Positions 1-13,394 of a stretch of 64,000 nt of DNA are shown here, one piece after another. The position numbers were made by a program, and so were the translations under genes. Under the pieces are notes generated by a model. The model was not told where the DNA came from and did no database searches. It saw nothing but the letters and a program-made list of their open reading frames with translations. The DNA is taken from NCBI GenBank assembly GCA_038496445.1, contig JALMLS010000322.1, positions 186,001 to 250,000 of the forward strand. Direction: 5' to 3'. This stretch comes from Trichosphaerium sp. ATCC 40318. Lineage: Eukaryota; Protista; Tubulinea. Numbering within the stretch: position 1 is the first letter of the stretch; each line of letters begins with the position of its first letter.

Positions 1-969
1 CCATCAGCATAAGTACCATCATTAATATCAATTGAACTGTCAATGTGAAAAACTTCATTCTCTTCCTTTGTCAGTAATTAGCAAAACATCTTTATGAGCC
101 TTGACTGTTTACGTACAATCTTCAGTTGCTTGATTATGCCTATAGCACATGACATACCATTAGGAGCGGTGACGGTGTTTGTTATTGTCTCATCACAGCT
201 AGATATGAAAGGTAGAAAGGGATAATCTGATTCAGAAAGTGCAACAATTCCGTGTTCCTTACAAAGATTGTATGCTTCCTTGATAGTCCATAGAGACTTA
301 TACGCTTCTAGAGGTGAATCGAAATGACTACAAATATCTTTTAAATCTCCAGATGGTTTAATGAGCTTGCAATTTGTCATGCAAAGAGGCGTTGTTAGTA
401 TGTGGTAGTCTCTACATAAGTTAGAAGAAAATTTGTTTGTAAAAAAAATTGACTTTGTTGGATTGACTAAAAAATTACTGATGCTACAAGGATAACAGCA
501 AAAGACAGAAGGGAAGGAGCCAATAAATCAAGCAAAGGGACAAAGATCAACAGAAAGAAAAGCGAAGAGGAGATAAAAAAGGGAAGTCAAATCTTGAAGA
601 TTTGTAAGAAAAGTAAATCTGTTAACTTATCAAACTTACCCTTCAAAATCTGTACTATAGCAGTAACTCTTCCTGTTATAATCAGAAACAGGACATGGTG
701 GGGTTTCTGTAGACTCTGAGAGGTCGAAATCTTGTTTTATACGGTATTTCCATATACTCTTATCAGATACCACTGCAGCGAATTGCTTAGCTACAAGAGC
801 GAATGATGGGAGGTTTTTTAGTTCTAAATAGGAACAAATAGCCAACAGCATTTCTGGTACCCTACACACTTGTAGTGATGCTTCTTCAGCTGCAAAACTA
901 CATTTGTCATTAACAAACACAACCCGTTGATAACATTGCGTGCTTTTTAGCTATTTTCCTTTGCGTCAT
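1..969 (-). CDS. F-box protein, multi-exon, 3' end runs off the window
   Basis: Spliced start MTQRKIAKKHAMLSTA joins EEASLQVCRVPEMLLAICSYLELKNLPSFALVAKQFAAVVSDKSIWK, an F-box pattern. Further GT-AG exons lie at about 78-415 and 1-68. Confidence 0.65.
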
Positions 970-1429
970 TTTGCAAACAGCGTTTTATAGTTGAATTTTT
1001 TGTGTTTGAAAGTTTGCTGACTACGCTATTTTGCTTTCGAAGAAAAGAAAAAGATCAGCTTCACTGATCCTACCGTGAAGAGAAAACCACTGTATGTAAA
1101 AATTGAACCACGTGCCGTTTTTGCATTAAAGAAAATCGTACTGAGTACACAAGTATCTATTGGTATCAAATGAAAAATATGGTTTTGTAGTTTTTGCAAT
1201 ACATAAGCCAATACGGATAACAATTTTGTGTTCAGGAGGTAGAAAATCATAATCTACTGTCTCAAGTCACGTGCGCTTACTCTGGTATTCTTTTGCCAAA
1301 TTTAGACCAAGGTGATAAATGGTACACACAGAATTTATTAAGCAATGACCGGTATGTACAAGGTATTTTTTTAATAATCAATTGCAAAGCTCTACAAACT
1401 TGTGTTTGTTTTCTCTATCGGGTGGGTCG

Positions 1430-4400
1430 TCATCTACTTTTTCCTTGTTTTACCAATTTACTGGCGTAAGCGATGGTAGGTATTATACATGTTGAAGTAG
1501 GAATAGGGTCAAACACGCGTTCCTAGCAACAATAAGAAATAAAAGTTGAAGAAAAAAAAAGTTTCTGTTCTTCTGACAAGATAAAGCTTTGTTCGATATT
1601 TTCTTGATTTGTAGCATACCTGAAGTACATCTATTGCAGTAGGACGTTTTGACATATCCTTAACAAGGCAGCAGATGAGTAAACTCTTGAAAGAAAGAGA
1701 ATAACGCTTCGGATACTTAAGCGTAGGAGGAGGTCTCTCTAAAATTTTTGGAAGGTCTTTAATAGACCGAATATCCGCATTAGGAGGACGCCCTTCAACC
1801 ATTTCAATAGCTGTAATACCCAAACTCCAAATATCAGACTAGAAACAAAGAATAAATAACTTGGTTTAAAGATACGAGGAGGTGTTTTTTTGTTCAAAGT
1901 TTTACGTACTCTGTCATTTGTTTTATCCTTTCTGATGACCTCTGGAGCCATAAATAATGGACTACCAACGTAGTCATTAGCTGGTAGGAACTTAGTGTTA
2001 GCTTCTAGAACAGCTGATACACCAAAATCGGCTAGAAACAAAGAACATTAGCACAAGAGACGAAAAAAAAAACCTATCAACAAAGATACGAACCTAGTTT
2101 TACTTCACCAGCAGCATTAAGCAAGATATTTGCACTCTAAAGAACATATTTAGTTTATAGGTTTGCTAATAGTCAAATGGTATAATAAGTACTTACCTTG
2201 ATGTCAAGGTGGAGAATATTTTTTGCATGGATATAAGCCAATCCTGTCAATAGTAAGAACACATTTCAACTTGCAACAAAAGCCCATAAAAAAAAAGGCG
2301 GTACGAACCTTGTAAGGCCTGAAAGCAAACATAGATACATTGTGCTTCTTTTAGTGGTTTCTTTTGCTTTTTAATAACATCCCTTACAGATCCAACCAAG
2401 CAGTAGTCCATGAGAATCTACAAAAATGTCAAAAAACTGTTCACAAAAAAGCAATCACAGTACTCACCCAAATAGAGTCCTCAGCAGCAATAGTACCATA
2501 ATAACTGACAATAAATATGTTACGACAGTTTTTAAGTACTTCAATCTCCTTTCTTAGGGAAACACGATCAATCTAAAGTTCCCATAAGCAAAGAAGCCAC
2601 TAAAAATCTAAATTGAGGCCAATCGTACTTTATGCGTCTGGTTAATCTCCTTAATGGCTAACTCAAACCCAGATGGCTTATGTGTTGCCTTATACACACT
2701 ACCACAGGCCCTAACATATAAATTAATGACTAGTTTGCTTAATGACCAAGTAAGAACATACCCAACACCAAGTTGTCTACCTAGCTCAAAATCGCGAATA
2801 GACTCCCATCGCAGGTCTTTATCAACACTAACGCCTCTCTCAACACTTAGGACTACAGAATGACCATCTTCGTTATTTGCCAAGTACGTCTTACCACCCC
2901 TACAATCCAACAAAATCAGCAATTGCAAAAAAGTATGAAGGTAGAAAGGTATTCATTTGTTTAAACAAACTATGTTGCGTACTTTGCTCTCAGTGCTCTA
3001 ATCTGTTTTCTACGTTCATCCGGTAATGCCCAAAACTTCTTACGTGCCAAAGAACCCAAATACTTTATCTTCTTGAGCCAATCTTCACGCTACAAAAGAA
3101 AAGTTAATTTCAAAAAAAAAAAAAAACAGTTGCAAGCACAAGCTCTTTAAGGGCCTTTCAAAGAATATACCTGTTGTTCATGCATAGCAATCAAGTGAAG
3201 AGTACGATAAGATGTCTTTAAGTCGAAATAATACTTATCACCTTCAGTCTTTCCTCTTTCAATACTAACAAACTCATCAAGGTATATTAACCCCAAAGGT
3301 TGTGTTTTAAGAGGATTTACAAGTGCTTTTTGGTCCTATAGTACAAGAAATATCAGAGAGCGGAAGAACAAACTACTGAAGTTTATGCAACGAGGGAAAA
3401 AAAACCAGAAAGACAAAGACAACAAAGTTGACTGCAAAACGGTCAAAAAATAGGAGAAGTTGGCGTTAAAAAAGGCCACTTCAACTTACCTTAAAATATT
3501 CCAGCTTATCAGCTGATAGGAAGAAACACCGTAGTTTCCATGAAGGTCTACCACCTGCACCACCACCTTGCTTCTTTAACCAACCACGTTTTGTAGAAGC
3601 ATGAATCTAAAAATAACCAATTAATTGAAAGTACTCAACCAAAAAAAAACAAGCAAACGTACCATTTGCCTCTCGACATCAAAAGGAGAAAATGAAATAT
3701 CAATTGTAAGATCAACATGTTTTGAAAAATCCTTTTCAGCAACCTTCAAAACCAAAACATCCTAGTTGCAGTCAGTATACAACCAAAGCGGCAGAAAACC
3801 ATAAAAAAATCAACAAAAAAAACTTGAACGTACTTCAACACTAAGCTGTAATGTTAAAAACGCAGCTTCTTCCTGTAGTTGAGCAGGACCTTCAGGAAGC
3901 ATTTTGGAAAGTGAAAAAACGTGATTACCGAGATTAAGAGAATTCTGGAAAACCTTTGAAGCAATCTGTTTAGTCACTTCAGCAACTGTATTAGACGCTG
4001 TTTCAACGGGGAAAGCTGACTTCCTAAGACCAGCAGGTGCTTTTCTAAGCTTCATTTCATAAGCTTTTCCTCGAGAGATCTTTATAACATCTAATAAAAG
4101 TAATAGTTAGGCACTTGTTTGCTAATAGAAAAGAGTAAAATAAAAAACAGTTTGTCACAACTCGTACCTCCGTTCTTCAAACCATGTGACTCTAGAGTAC
4201 GATCAACACCAACCAATCTAAGCTCATTATGGTATACATGATATTGAACATCCCTGACATGCTCTGGTATGAGTTTTACAATCTTGGTTATCACTTCCTT
4301 CAAAGTATTGTTTGATCGGAACTTCTTCTTTGTGTTTAGTGAATGGACAGGAGAGGGAACATGAATATCCAATATTAGGTCATGAACAGGCCTTAGGCCA

Positions 4401-6589
4401 GTTGGAGCTGCTGAAGCACTATGAGCACGTTTTGTTTTTGTAACAATCTTTTTTGTTTCTTCAGCACGAGAAGCAGATTTTCTCTTCGCTTTCTTAGCTG
4501 ATTGCTGCTTATCACGTTGTTTTCTCAAAAAGTGTTTCTTAGGAGGAGAAAATCCTCCCTTTGGAGGAGACGTAGCAGCAGTAGGGCTAGCTTTAAAAAT
4601 AATGAGAAAAACACAAAATCAACATGAAGGAAAAAATGGTTTTCTCAAAACTAAAAAAAGAGTCAAGTACGTACTTGCTGCATTACGTTTATGTTTTGGT
4701 GTCGTTTTAGGTGTATTCTTAGGCGTAGTTTTAGGCGTATTCTTAGGTGTAATAGCCCTTGGTGCTGTCTTTGGCGTAGTAGCCTTTGGTGTCGTTCTTC
4801 TTGAAGAGTTTTGTTGAGACGAGACAGCAATAGGTTTGGATGCTGGCCTGAGACCTTGTTTGAGTCTGTTTAAAATTGCATCTTCACCATATTCTTTAGC
4901 CCAATCCAAGGGCGATTTATCATTACAATCAAATAGTTGAGTTATATCTACGACAGATTTGCTAATATACAGTTGCTTCAGTAAAAGTTCTACAACATTC
5001 TAGAAGAAAGGAAAAGTTAGTAACTAATGATCTTCGGTTTTTTGTAAAAGAGTCTACTTTTGTTCAAGGCTGCCTGATTTTATTCATAAATGGTTTAATA
5101 ATAATAATGACGTACCAAGTGTCCTCCCATTATTGCGAGGTGTAGTGGTGTAACACCATAAATATCAGGTTCAGCTGGTGATGGACATTTCTTTACTTTG
5201 ATGAGCTCAAAAATTGCTTCACCATATCCATCCAATGCTAAGTAATGTAGGACAGTAGCATCAATAGCATTACGTTGATTTGAAACAACGAGGTATGGAT
5301 ACTTTGTTATAATATCTTTAATCACTTTTGGCACAGTACGTCCTTGCTGAAGCTAGACCAAAAAAAGTCAGAAAAAAAACAAAAAAAAGCGTCAGCCGAG
5401 AATTTGGAACTAAACGTACAACTTGCATAATAAAGTTCTGCTCATCTTGTTCGCTCAATTCCAATGATATAATAAACGTGATTATATGATTCTTACCTAA
5501 ACATTAATCAGATCAAATGTCTAACAGACAAAAAAAAAAAAATTCAGTGAAAATGACAAGTACCCAAATCAGGATAAACGAAAGTGCCGACAGCATCAAG
5601 CTCTAGAGGCAACATACGTAAATCTGCCTCTAATGATGCAATATAGTATGCTATTCCAAAATCTAAACACGAAGGAGCCAAAACCTTAAAATGATTGTGA
5701 TCTGAAGTTACACTAGCTTCAAGAGTCCTTGCTTGTTCTTCATCATAAAGTGCTAACGTGAATTCAATTCTCTCACATCGTTCTCTTACATCTGCTTGGA
5801 CCCATGTAGCTGGCGCATCATACGTTACTTTAGTGCTCGTTTTAACATAAGGGTTTGGAGCTACAAGGAAAGTGTTTGTTAGCTTACTAGTAATCAATAT
5901 ATGTGTAAGTATACTTACCGCGCAGTGGATCTAACCCGATAAACCGTAAAGAATCAGCAACGCTTTCAGCCTTACGCTTCTTTGTATTACAAGATGTAGC
6001 AATACTTGTATTTGGCGTCTAAATGAAAAATATCAAAACGTTTTAGTCCAAAAATTACTTAAAAGAAAGGTGCTTCACCAACTCTCCTTGTGACGAAAGG
6101 AAAAAATTAATGCGTGTGCCTCTGTCTTTTTTTTTTGATGGCAGTTTAAAAAAGTCTTACCCGAAATACACGCTGTCTGTAGGCTTTAATAGGAAATCTG
6201 ATGCTTCCAAAATAGCCACAAAAATACAACTTAATCTCCGCTTGTATAATATGCTGGTAAAGCTCCTTTGAACCTTTACCCATGATTGCACGTAAAGGCT
6301 TTTCAAATATCATTGTAGCTGTTATAACAATAATATCTCTTGCTGCTTTAGATGGTTCTAATGATATATCTTGTAACTACACGTAGATATTAGTTCACAA
6401 GTGCAATTTAAAGGCAAAAAAACTATCTTTTTTCTTGCTTTTTTGTTTTGTTTTGCAAATTGCGATATTTTCTGTATTTGTGGTTGTTTAATAAGTTCTA
6501 AGGCTCACCTTTAAATACTCTTGTGACTTCATTGTTTCCTCGAGAATACCAAATTCCATCCGTAAGTGCTTTTTAGGAGCATCAGTCAT
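1430..6589 (-). CDS. Multidomain STE20/MST-like Ser/Thr kinase (N-terminal unknown region, ankyrin repeats, TPK-rich linker, ubiquitin-like region, PH domain, kinase); about 20 exons
   Basis: Kinase motifs across exons: LGVGACGSVYKA, LAIKEI, ILHLDIKSANILL, ADFGVSA, VGSPLFMAPEVI, SDIWSLGITAIEMVEGRPP. PH domain: KRGWLKKQGGG...SWKLRCFFL...REDWLKKI. Ankyrin: TVLHYLA, GVTPLHLAIMGGHL, KSPLDWA. Confidence 0.88.
4690..4795 (-). repeat. Coding low-complexity repeat (T/N-T-P-K)n inside the kinase
   Basis: Translates to TTPKATTPKTAPRAITPKNTPKTTPKNTPKTTPKH, with a 12-bp periodicity in the DNA. Confidence 0.8.
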
Positions 6590-7407
6590 AAAGTGTACTT
6601 GGCCTGTTTAGTGTCAGTTTCTTTGTTTTTACGTGCGAATAGACAGCGTTTAAAGCTGTTTTGGAAGGTGCTTTTTTTTTAATTAGTTCGTACTTTCTGT
6701 CAAGGTCGACAAAGCGTTTCTCATTGTAAAGTCACTTGTTTGAACGTATAATTTGAACTTTGTCTTTCTTCCAGTGCGAACGCCAGTCGTGGGAGTGCAT
6801 TCGACCCTACATATATTAATTACGCTGCTTAGTGCATGGGAGAGTGTTAAACAAGCTTAGGGGTGCTTCGCCCAAATAGCGCATTTTATACGGTATGTTT
6901 TAGGCACTTGCGGTGAGTATAGTCTGGTTAGATCAACTCCAACGCAGTAACGTACTTTTGTATGTGAATACAACTTGTAGCTGTTGTCGTTTGCGAACTA
7001 GCATTATTCATTCCAGAAACATCACTGGCAATGTCTACATGCGCTCCAGGGAAAAGTTCATTTGCGTTTACTCCACTGCCACCCAAATCGAACGTAACAG
7101 GAACAAGTGGTTCTATCATAACCGCTTGAGTTGCTTCAAAATAGATTCATGTCTTTGTATTGTTAGACTTAACAAATACTCAACTTGGCAAGTTGCCAAC
7201 GCTCTAAAAAATGTGCACGGTTTTGTTAAAACTACGTATGGTTTGTGTTAACGTGTCCTTTTGTTTGTTCCATGATTTGAAACAACACGCAACTGAAAGT
7301 AGCCTACATCATGTTCATTAAATACCTACTTTTATACTCCATATTGACGTGGAAGATGCGGTTGTTGCAAGTAAAACAAAAGAATACAATTTAGAATGTT
7401 ATTTATA

Positions 7408-8950
7408 TTACATAATGCCCAACCAATGGCAAACTACGCTACAGTTGTCTTGAATGTACGTTACAATGCCAGGTAAGTACGGTTGCAGAATGAAAAACCC
7501 ACCAATGCCAACAAACAGTTTTGCATAAAAGCGTAGGTCACTACGCAAGCCAGATATTTGAATAGCGAGATTATCAACGCTTGATGAGGTTTTATCAGTG
7601 TTAATTTTGCCTTTTGTAGATTCGTCTTCTTTTGGCGAGTCAGTTTGCTTTGTTTTATCTGTATCAGCAAGTACTTGATCTGTACTAGCGCTTTCAGAAG
7701 TACTACTGTCGGCTGAAGTCGCACTAGATCTATAATCGTTTGTATTAGTTTTTTGGAACAATGGTTATTCTACGACCTTTTTGTGTCTGGTGGAGGCATG
7801 CTAGTAACGCGGACTTTCATTTTAGGTATACTTTTGTTATTATTATCAGTTTTCTTTGTTGCAAATGTAGAAACGCTGTACGAGATAGTTAGTTGGATAG
7901 TTTGTACTCACTTTTTTTGTACTACCTGCTAGATTTGATAGGTGCACCCTGCATCCTAAATCGTCGCTCTCTTTCAACTTCACGTTCATCTAAGACAGTG
8001 CTAAGAGTTTTTGTACAGCAAAAGATTGTACCTGTAACTACTGGGCGTGTAAACGATCTAGCCACCTCTGGTGTTAAAGGTGGTCCTTCGGTCTATAACA
8101 GTAAGGAAACAATGTCCGAAGAAAGGCTAAAAATGGATAATTGTTACCTTGACTTTGCGATATTGACACATTTTAGAAAGAGCAAATATGTTATGTATGA
8201 CAGCTGGCATACATTTATCGCTATACTACGCTCACATTACAAACCGTTAACACATGTGCTAATAAAACTTACTAAATCTTTTGCTTCAAATAGATCTGTT
8301 TGGTCCATACCTAGTAAAAGTAAGCAATTAGCACCAAGGTGGTAATCCAGATAAGCAAAAAAGGAAAAATACAATTCCACTTTTGCGGTTAAAACAACCC
8401 TAAAACTTACCCATTCGTTTGCAAAATTGTATGTACATGTCAATATTACCCATAGCATGCATAGGATAAAGCTTACGACCAGCTCTCATTGAGTTACTAC
8501 GTGTAATACTTCGAGGTTGTATTGCATTTGCTAGTCTACAAAAAAAAAGATTGTGTTCGCTTTAGGAAGTCGAGTCTATTTTGTATACGTACTATAATTA
8601 TGTATAAGCGCGTATAAACTTTGTGATATGAAATAAATTGTGTACCTTGCATAAAATGATGCCTGATTTAAGAGACTCGTATAAGTCATCTTCTGGTACT
8701 AAATCTTCGCCTATAACCCCAGCTATCCATTTTGATACTTTGATTTGCAGTTCTGGTGAAAGTTTTCGCTGCATACCTTTGTTTGAGTTAGTGGGCGCGC
8801 GTGAAGTGCTATGAGAGTACGTATGTAGTTCTCTGCGTCCATTCCTAAGTTTACAAAGTCAGATAAGCTACAATAAAGTTACCCCTACCGTACAGGCGTC
8901 TACCATCGCGCGTGTATACACCTTGTGAATAATCATCGGTACTTCCTAGA
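7408..8950 (-). CDS. Calponin-homology (calponin/transgelin-type) protein with C-terminal hydrophobic anchor; true start may lie slightly upstream
   Basis: Exons encode YGMDAENYIRMQRKLSPELQIKVSKWIAGVIGEDLVPEDDLYESLKSGIILCKLANAI and NIDMYIQFCKRMGMDQTDLFEAKDL (CH signature). A 47-nt intron at 7730-7776 links to the 7408-7729 exon ending in LFVGIGGFFILQPYLPGIV...CHWLGIM. Confidence 0.7.
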
Positions 8951-9135
8951 GAATCAAGTTCGTTATCATCGTTCGATTGTTGCATACGTAAATACTGGTG
9001 CTATGCGTGTTGTGTAGTATAAGAATAGCAATGTGGAAAAAACTTGAATTTTCTATGTCACAAAACACCAAAACGCCATTTAGGACCTTACGCTTTATCG
9101 ATACGTAACAATTGACTGTCAAAGAGTTGTAGATC

Positions 9136-11536
9136 ATGTTAAAGAGGGTTGTTGCGCAATCGTGTTATAGCTACACATGTAACTATAAACCGACGCGCCA
9201 AATAGCAGTACGAAAGGAACGTAGAAGTGTCTCACGCTTTACAAGTAAGTGACATCTAAATAACATTATTTGTATCCTAACGCACTCAGCGCTCGATATT
9301 TTAAACAAGCTTAACGTAGCCGCGAGAACAGGGCAAACTTCAGGTACGTTAAAAGATTTTTGTGAGGTGTACGCTCTATACGCAATCCCATACGCCTAAT
9401 ACAGCTATTTTACGTAAAATGCGCCGTCTTACCCACTCTTTCAGGAGATTTCCTTCCACGAGCCCTCGCCACTGATTTGGTGAAAGAATACGCTACTTGG
9501 TCGCTAACGGAGAAGGAAAAAGTACGTAGTAACAGTACAAATATGTTTTCTTATTCATTAAAATAGTTTTTCAATATTCTAAACCAAGATTTGGGTCTCA
9601 AGCAAGATGCTGTGATTCTACGGGCAAAAGCCTTACTAAAGTCAATGGTAAGGATTTCTAACGTTGTGTATACTCAACTGTAGCTCAAAGCCAAGCTAGG
9701 ATGATGGCTTAGACTTGAGTGATGTTAATGTAGTACAAAGAATGCAAAGCTCTTTGGAACCTGTTTATCATAATTTATTTTACAACATCCGAGCTTTGCC
9801 TCAAGGTCTAGAAACACTTATAGATATGCGAAGTGATGTTCTTGTACGCTTTTGTATATTTATCAACTTTGGATACATCACGTGATTGACACGTGCATAG
9901 AAATTAATTAGAAGTGAGTCATCAAAAAAGAACTTAAAAATGGTTGAGTACTCTTTAAAAACACTCTTGGGGCACTACTTTGATATTGGTGTCTTTCTAG
10001 GTACTTCAAAGAACCAAAAAGACATTGTTGCTAACTTGTTAAAAAGAACTAAAGACTATTTCTTGGCAGAACTCGGCAGCCTTGCTTGAAAAAGTTATGG
10101 GTTATTCTAAAAGAATACATCCTATGGTAACTTGGCAAGATATGAAAACAGTACACCTTACTCTCCTTGGATGTTCTTTAACTCATCCATATTACAATTA
10201 GCGTATATCAGGCCACAACAAGCGTTGCTATGGGTTTTTTCATCCCACACTAAAGAACGGTATGGACATCTCGCTGAATCTATTTTATCTATTTAATTTC
10301 TCATCCAATAATAGAGCCTCTTGTATTTATTGAATGCGCTTTTTCTGATGGGATTCAAAAGAATATAGAATCGTGTACAGTAAGCATGCCGGAAGGCGTT
10401 GTACCTAATACAGCTATGTTTTATGCGATCATATCTCCTCTTGATGGTACAACTTCAATTTTTTTTTTGGAAAAAGAATACAACTTTACTTTGGCTTAAA
10501 CTTTGTAAAGGGCTTCGTGGTTTAGATTTTGGTCAACTTTTAATCAAAAGAGTACTTGAAGATATTAAAAAAACACGACCAGAAATTAAAGTACGTCCTT
10601 TTGCTGCCACAGTCTCCGGCTACTTTTTTTTGGTTGAACTTTTTTTTCGTTAAATTTATTAAATCAGAAACCATGTTCGTAACTAACGCAATAACAGGTC
10701 TTTTCTACTTTAAGTCCAGTGCCTGGATTCAGAGATTGGTTAATGTCAAAATTGATGTTGAAAGGTCAATTTGTAGGTATGTACAATAAGTGTAGGTTGC
10801 ACATGTATTTAACATTCACAGATAAGTCATTGTTGTGCCACAGAGCTGAGAAGGCAATTGCTGAAATAGTTGGACCATGCACAGATTACCAAAAAGAATT
10901 ACTTGTATGTAAGAGCTTATAATGACACGTCATTTATTAACTAATAATTTAAGACACTATTGAACAGTGATAAATGTAAAGGTAAGAAATGTTGTTATGA
11001 TCGACTAAAACAATTATTTAATTATTTAATCCTCTAGATCATTTAAAAACCCTCCAGAATGCTTTAGTACCGCTTTGTATACGATATCTAATATTAGAAA
11101 AGCGTAGAAGTAATGTACGATCACAACCTTTCGAACCAGTAACTCAGCTTGAGTACTTCTTCTTTTTTTTTTCTTACTTCTAAGTTTAGGCGTTGGACCC
11201 TGTTGCAAACTTTGTATGATCAATATTGTTCTACCCATCACTAATATTATAAAAATAGCATTTGAGGAATGGAGCACACTTAGAACAATTGAATTATATG
11301 GCTGACTTATCAGAAAAGAGAATGAAACAATCCTTTGGTAAGACCTTTTTTTTCTCCAAATTTTCTTGGGTTATTGTTGTACAGAGTACTTATTATTTTT
11401 CTTTCTTTTAGGAATTATGGTTAACTACAAGTACATAGAAGAAAATATACAAAAAAATAATGAAGCATACTTGTTATCACGTGAATGCAAAGCATCAGAA
11501 AAAATAATGCGCGAACTAACAAACCACTCAAGTTAA
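9136..11536 (+). CDS. MLYCD: Malonyl-CoA decarboxylase with basic N-terminal (mitochondrial-like) presequence
   Basis: Motifs ISWQNSAALLEKV, RCYGFFHP, EPLVFIE, GLRGLDFGQLLIKRV, FSTLSPVPGFRDWL, DPVANFHLRNGA and SFGIMVNYKY across many short introns. Confidence 0.92.
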
Positions 11537-12214
11537 TGTGCTTGCCAAATAAAACAGTTAAAAACCCACCCAACCAGTATTACAGCATTTATCTTTCTTA
11601 GTGACTAATGCATGCCTTTGTACCTCAAGTACTACAGCTCTAACAAAATTGAAAAAAAAAAGAAGATTATTGTCAAACTTTATTATTATTGTATTATTTT
11701 ACTAGTAGTAAAACGTTAGCCCAGTCCTCTGACCACTAAACAAGCAACGAAGACTGACTTGGGAGGAAAGAACACATCTATACTTGACGTAGCTCAAGCG
11801 CAGAGTGAGAGTGTGTGGTTTATTTACATAACACGATCGCAATTGCAAAGAAAAGTTGCTAGTAAAATGCAGGTTACACTGGGCGGAGTGGGTGTTATCT
11901 GTTTGCTATCGTAATTATTGCTTGCTTGGTGAAGGGCATCCTTTTGGTTGGTTCTCTCTGCTCAAACGTCTGAACTGTACATCATGTTCAGTCATTTTAT
12001 TGCTACTGGAACAAAGCTTAAATGTAGTAAGTACATGGCAGATCATTTTAAGCTAAAAAATAGAAAGAGATGACAACAAGAACGTTAAACGACTTGGTTT
12101 GGTTTGGTTATTTTTAGGTTTATTTGATTTCCTTTTCTTTGTACAGTTTTGATACAATTATATGTACATTGTTGCGATAACGTTTTTTTTCGTATATACA
12201 TTTCGTCTCGGCTT

Positions 12215-12790
12215 TTATACAAGTTTACATTTTTTGATAGAAGATAGCTTACTTCTCCTTTTTTTCTTACTTTTTGTAAATTGTGTTTCTTGTCGTCTAA
12301 TCTCGCGGACTATTTCATAAAAAGATTCTTCAACATTTGTTTTTGTCTTTGCTGATGTCTCAAAAAACGGAGCGTTATGAATATCAGCAAACTCTTGTCC
12401 CTCTTCTGTTGATACTGCTCTTTCGTATTCCAAGTCACACTTGTTTCCAGCAATGACAAAAGGAGGAACATCTTGTTCACGTGCTCTTTTAATTTGTTTG
12501 ATGTATTGCTCTAGCTCGCTAAGGCTTACACTGTCGGTTATAGAGTATACAAGAATGAAGCCGTCAGCGCTGTGCATATATGTGTCTCTGAGAGCTGAGT
12601 ATTCTTCTTGGCCTGCAGTGTCGAGGATATCAAGAACAGCCATTTTATCATCAATAGTTACAACTTTTCTGTATCCGTCCTCAATTGTTGGGTTGTAATT
12701 CCATACGAAGTGGTTGTACAATAGTTGTATTGTAAGCGCTGATTTGCCTACACCGCCACCTCCAAATACGACAATTTTGTAGTCAGTCAT
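12215..12790 (-). CDS. ras: Ras-family small GTPase, intronless
   Basis: GGGGVGKS, PTIED, DTAGQEEYSA, GNKCD, ETSAK, a polybasic tail and CaaX CKLV. Confidence 0.97.
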   Translation of the reverse strand: MTDYKIVVFGGGGVGKSALTIQLLYNHFVWNYNPTIEDGYRKVVTIDDKMAVLDILDTAGQEEYSALRDTYMHSADGFILVYSITDSVSLSELEQYIKQIKRAREQDVPPFVIAGNKCDLEYERAVSTEEGQEFADIHNAPFFETSAKTKTNVEESFYEIVREIRRQETQFTKSKKKRRSKLSSIKKCKLV

Positions 12791-13394
12791 GATGTGTTAT
12801 CTTGTGTTATTTCGTTTTTATGACCAAAATGACATTTACATCTTTTCAATGAATCACTTTTATTTTTACCGCTTTGCGCTACTAATTATCTGAAATCCCT
12901 TATTTAGAAATCCATTAAAATTTTGGTAACGCAAAGTGTGGAGTTATCTTAAACTACATAACGCGAAGGCGCAAACAATGCTGTCATACCAAAATACTAC
13001 CATAAATAACTGCATAAAACAAAATTAAACAATAATGCGACAACGCAAAGTAGTAATACGTTCAGCCTCTACAAAACCAGCACTATAATGAAAAAAAAGA
13101 CAATTACCCTCGCAAAAAAATTAGGAGTATGGTTTGTACCCAGTAATACCTCAAATAACTCTTCCATCTTATAAACAACGTGTTGCGACCAACGTTCGTT
13201 CCTTCTTCGGGCATTGCTCATAAACACCTCACGTGATCCGTATTTAGCACATCAATTTTCAGCTACACCTGGAACCATAGCGTGTATTCTCCTGCCATTC
13301 TGGTACCATTACTTTTTGTTGTTTTGAAGATTTTTTGTTACATTGATTTTAACACCAAAATTATTAGAAGTGGTTGTTTTTATGTACAAGCGTT

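Noticed and set aside
6770-6922. U1 snRNA-like words on the minus strand (ATACTCACC, ATGCAC, GCGTTCGC)
   Set aside because: No ACTTACCTG 5' end, no stem-loop I or Sm site. The segment also reads as a spliced exon of a small uncertain minus-strand gene.
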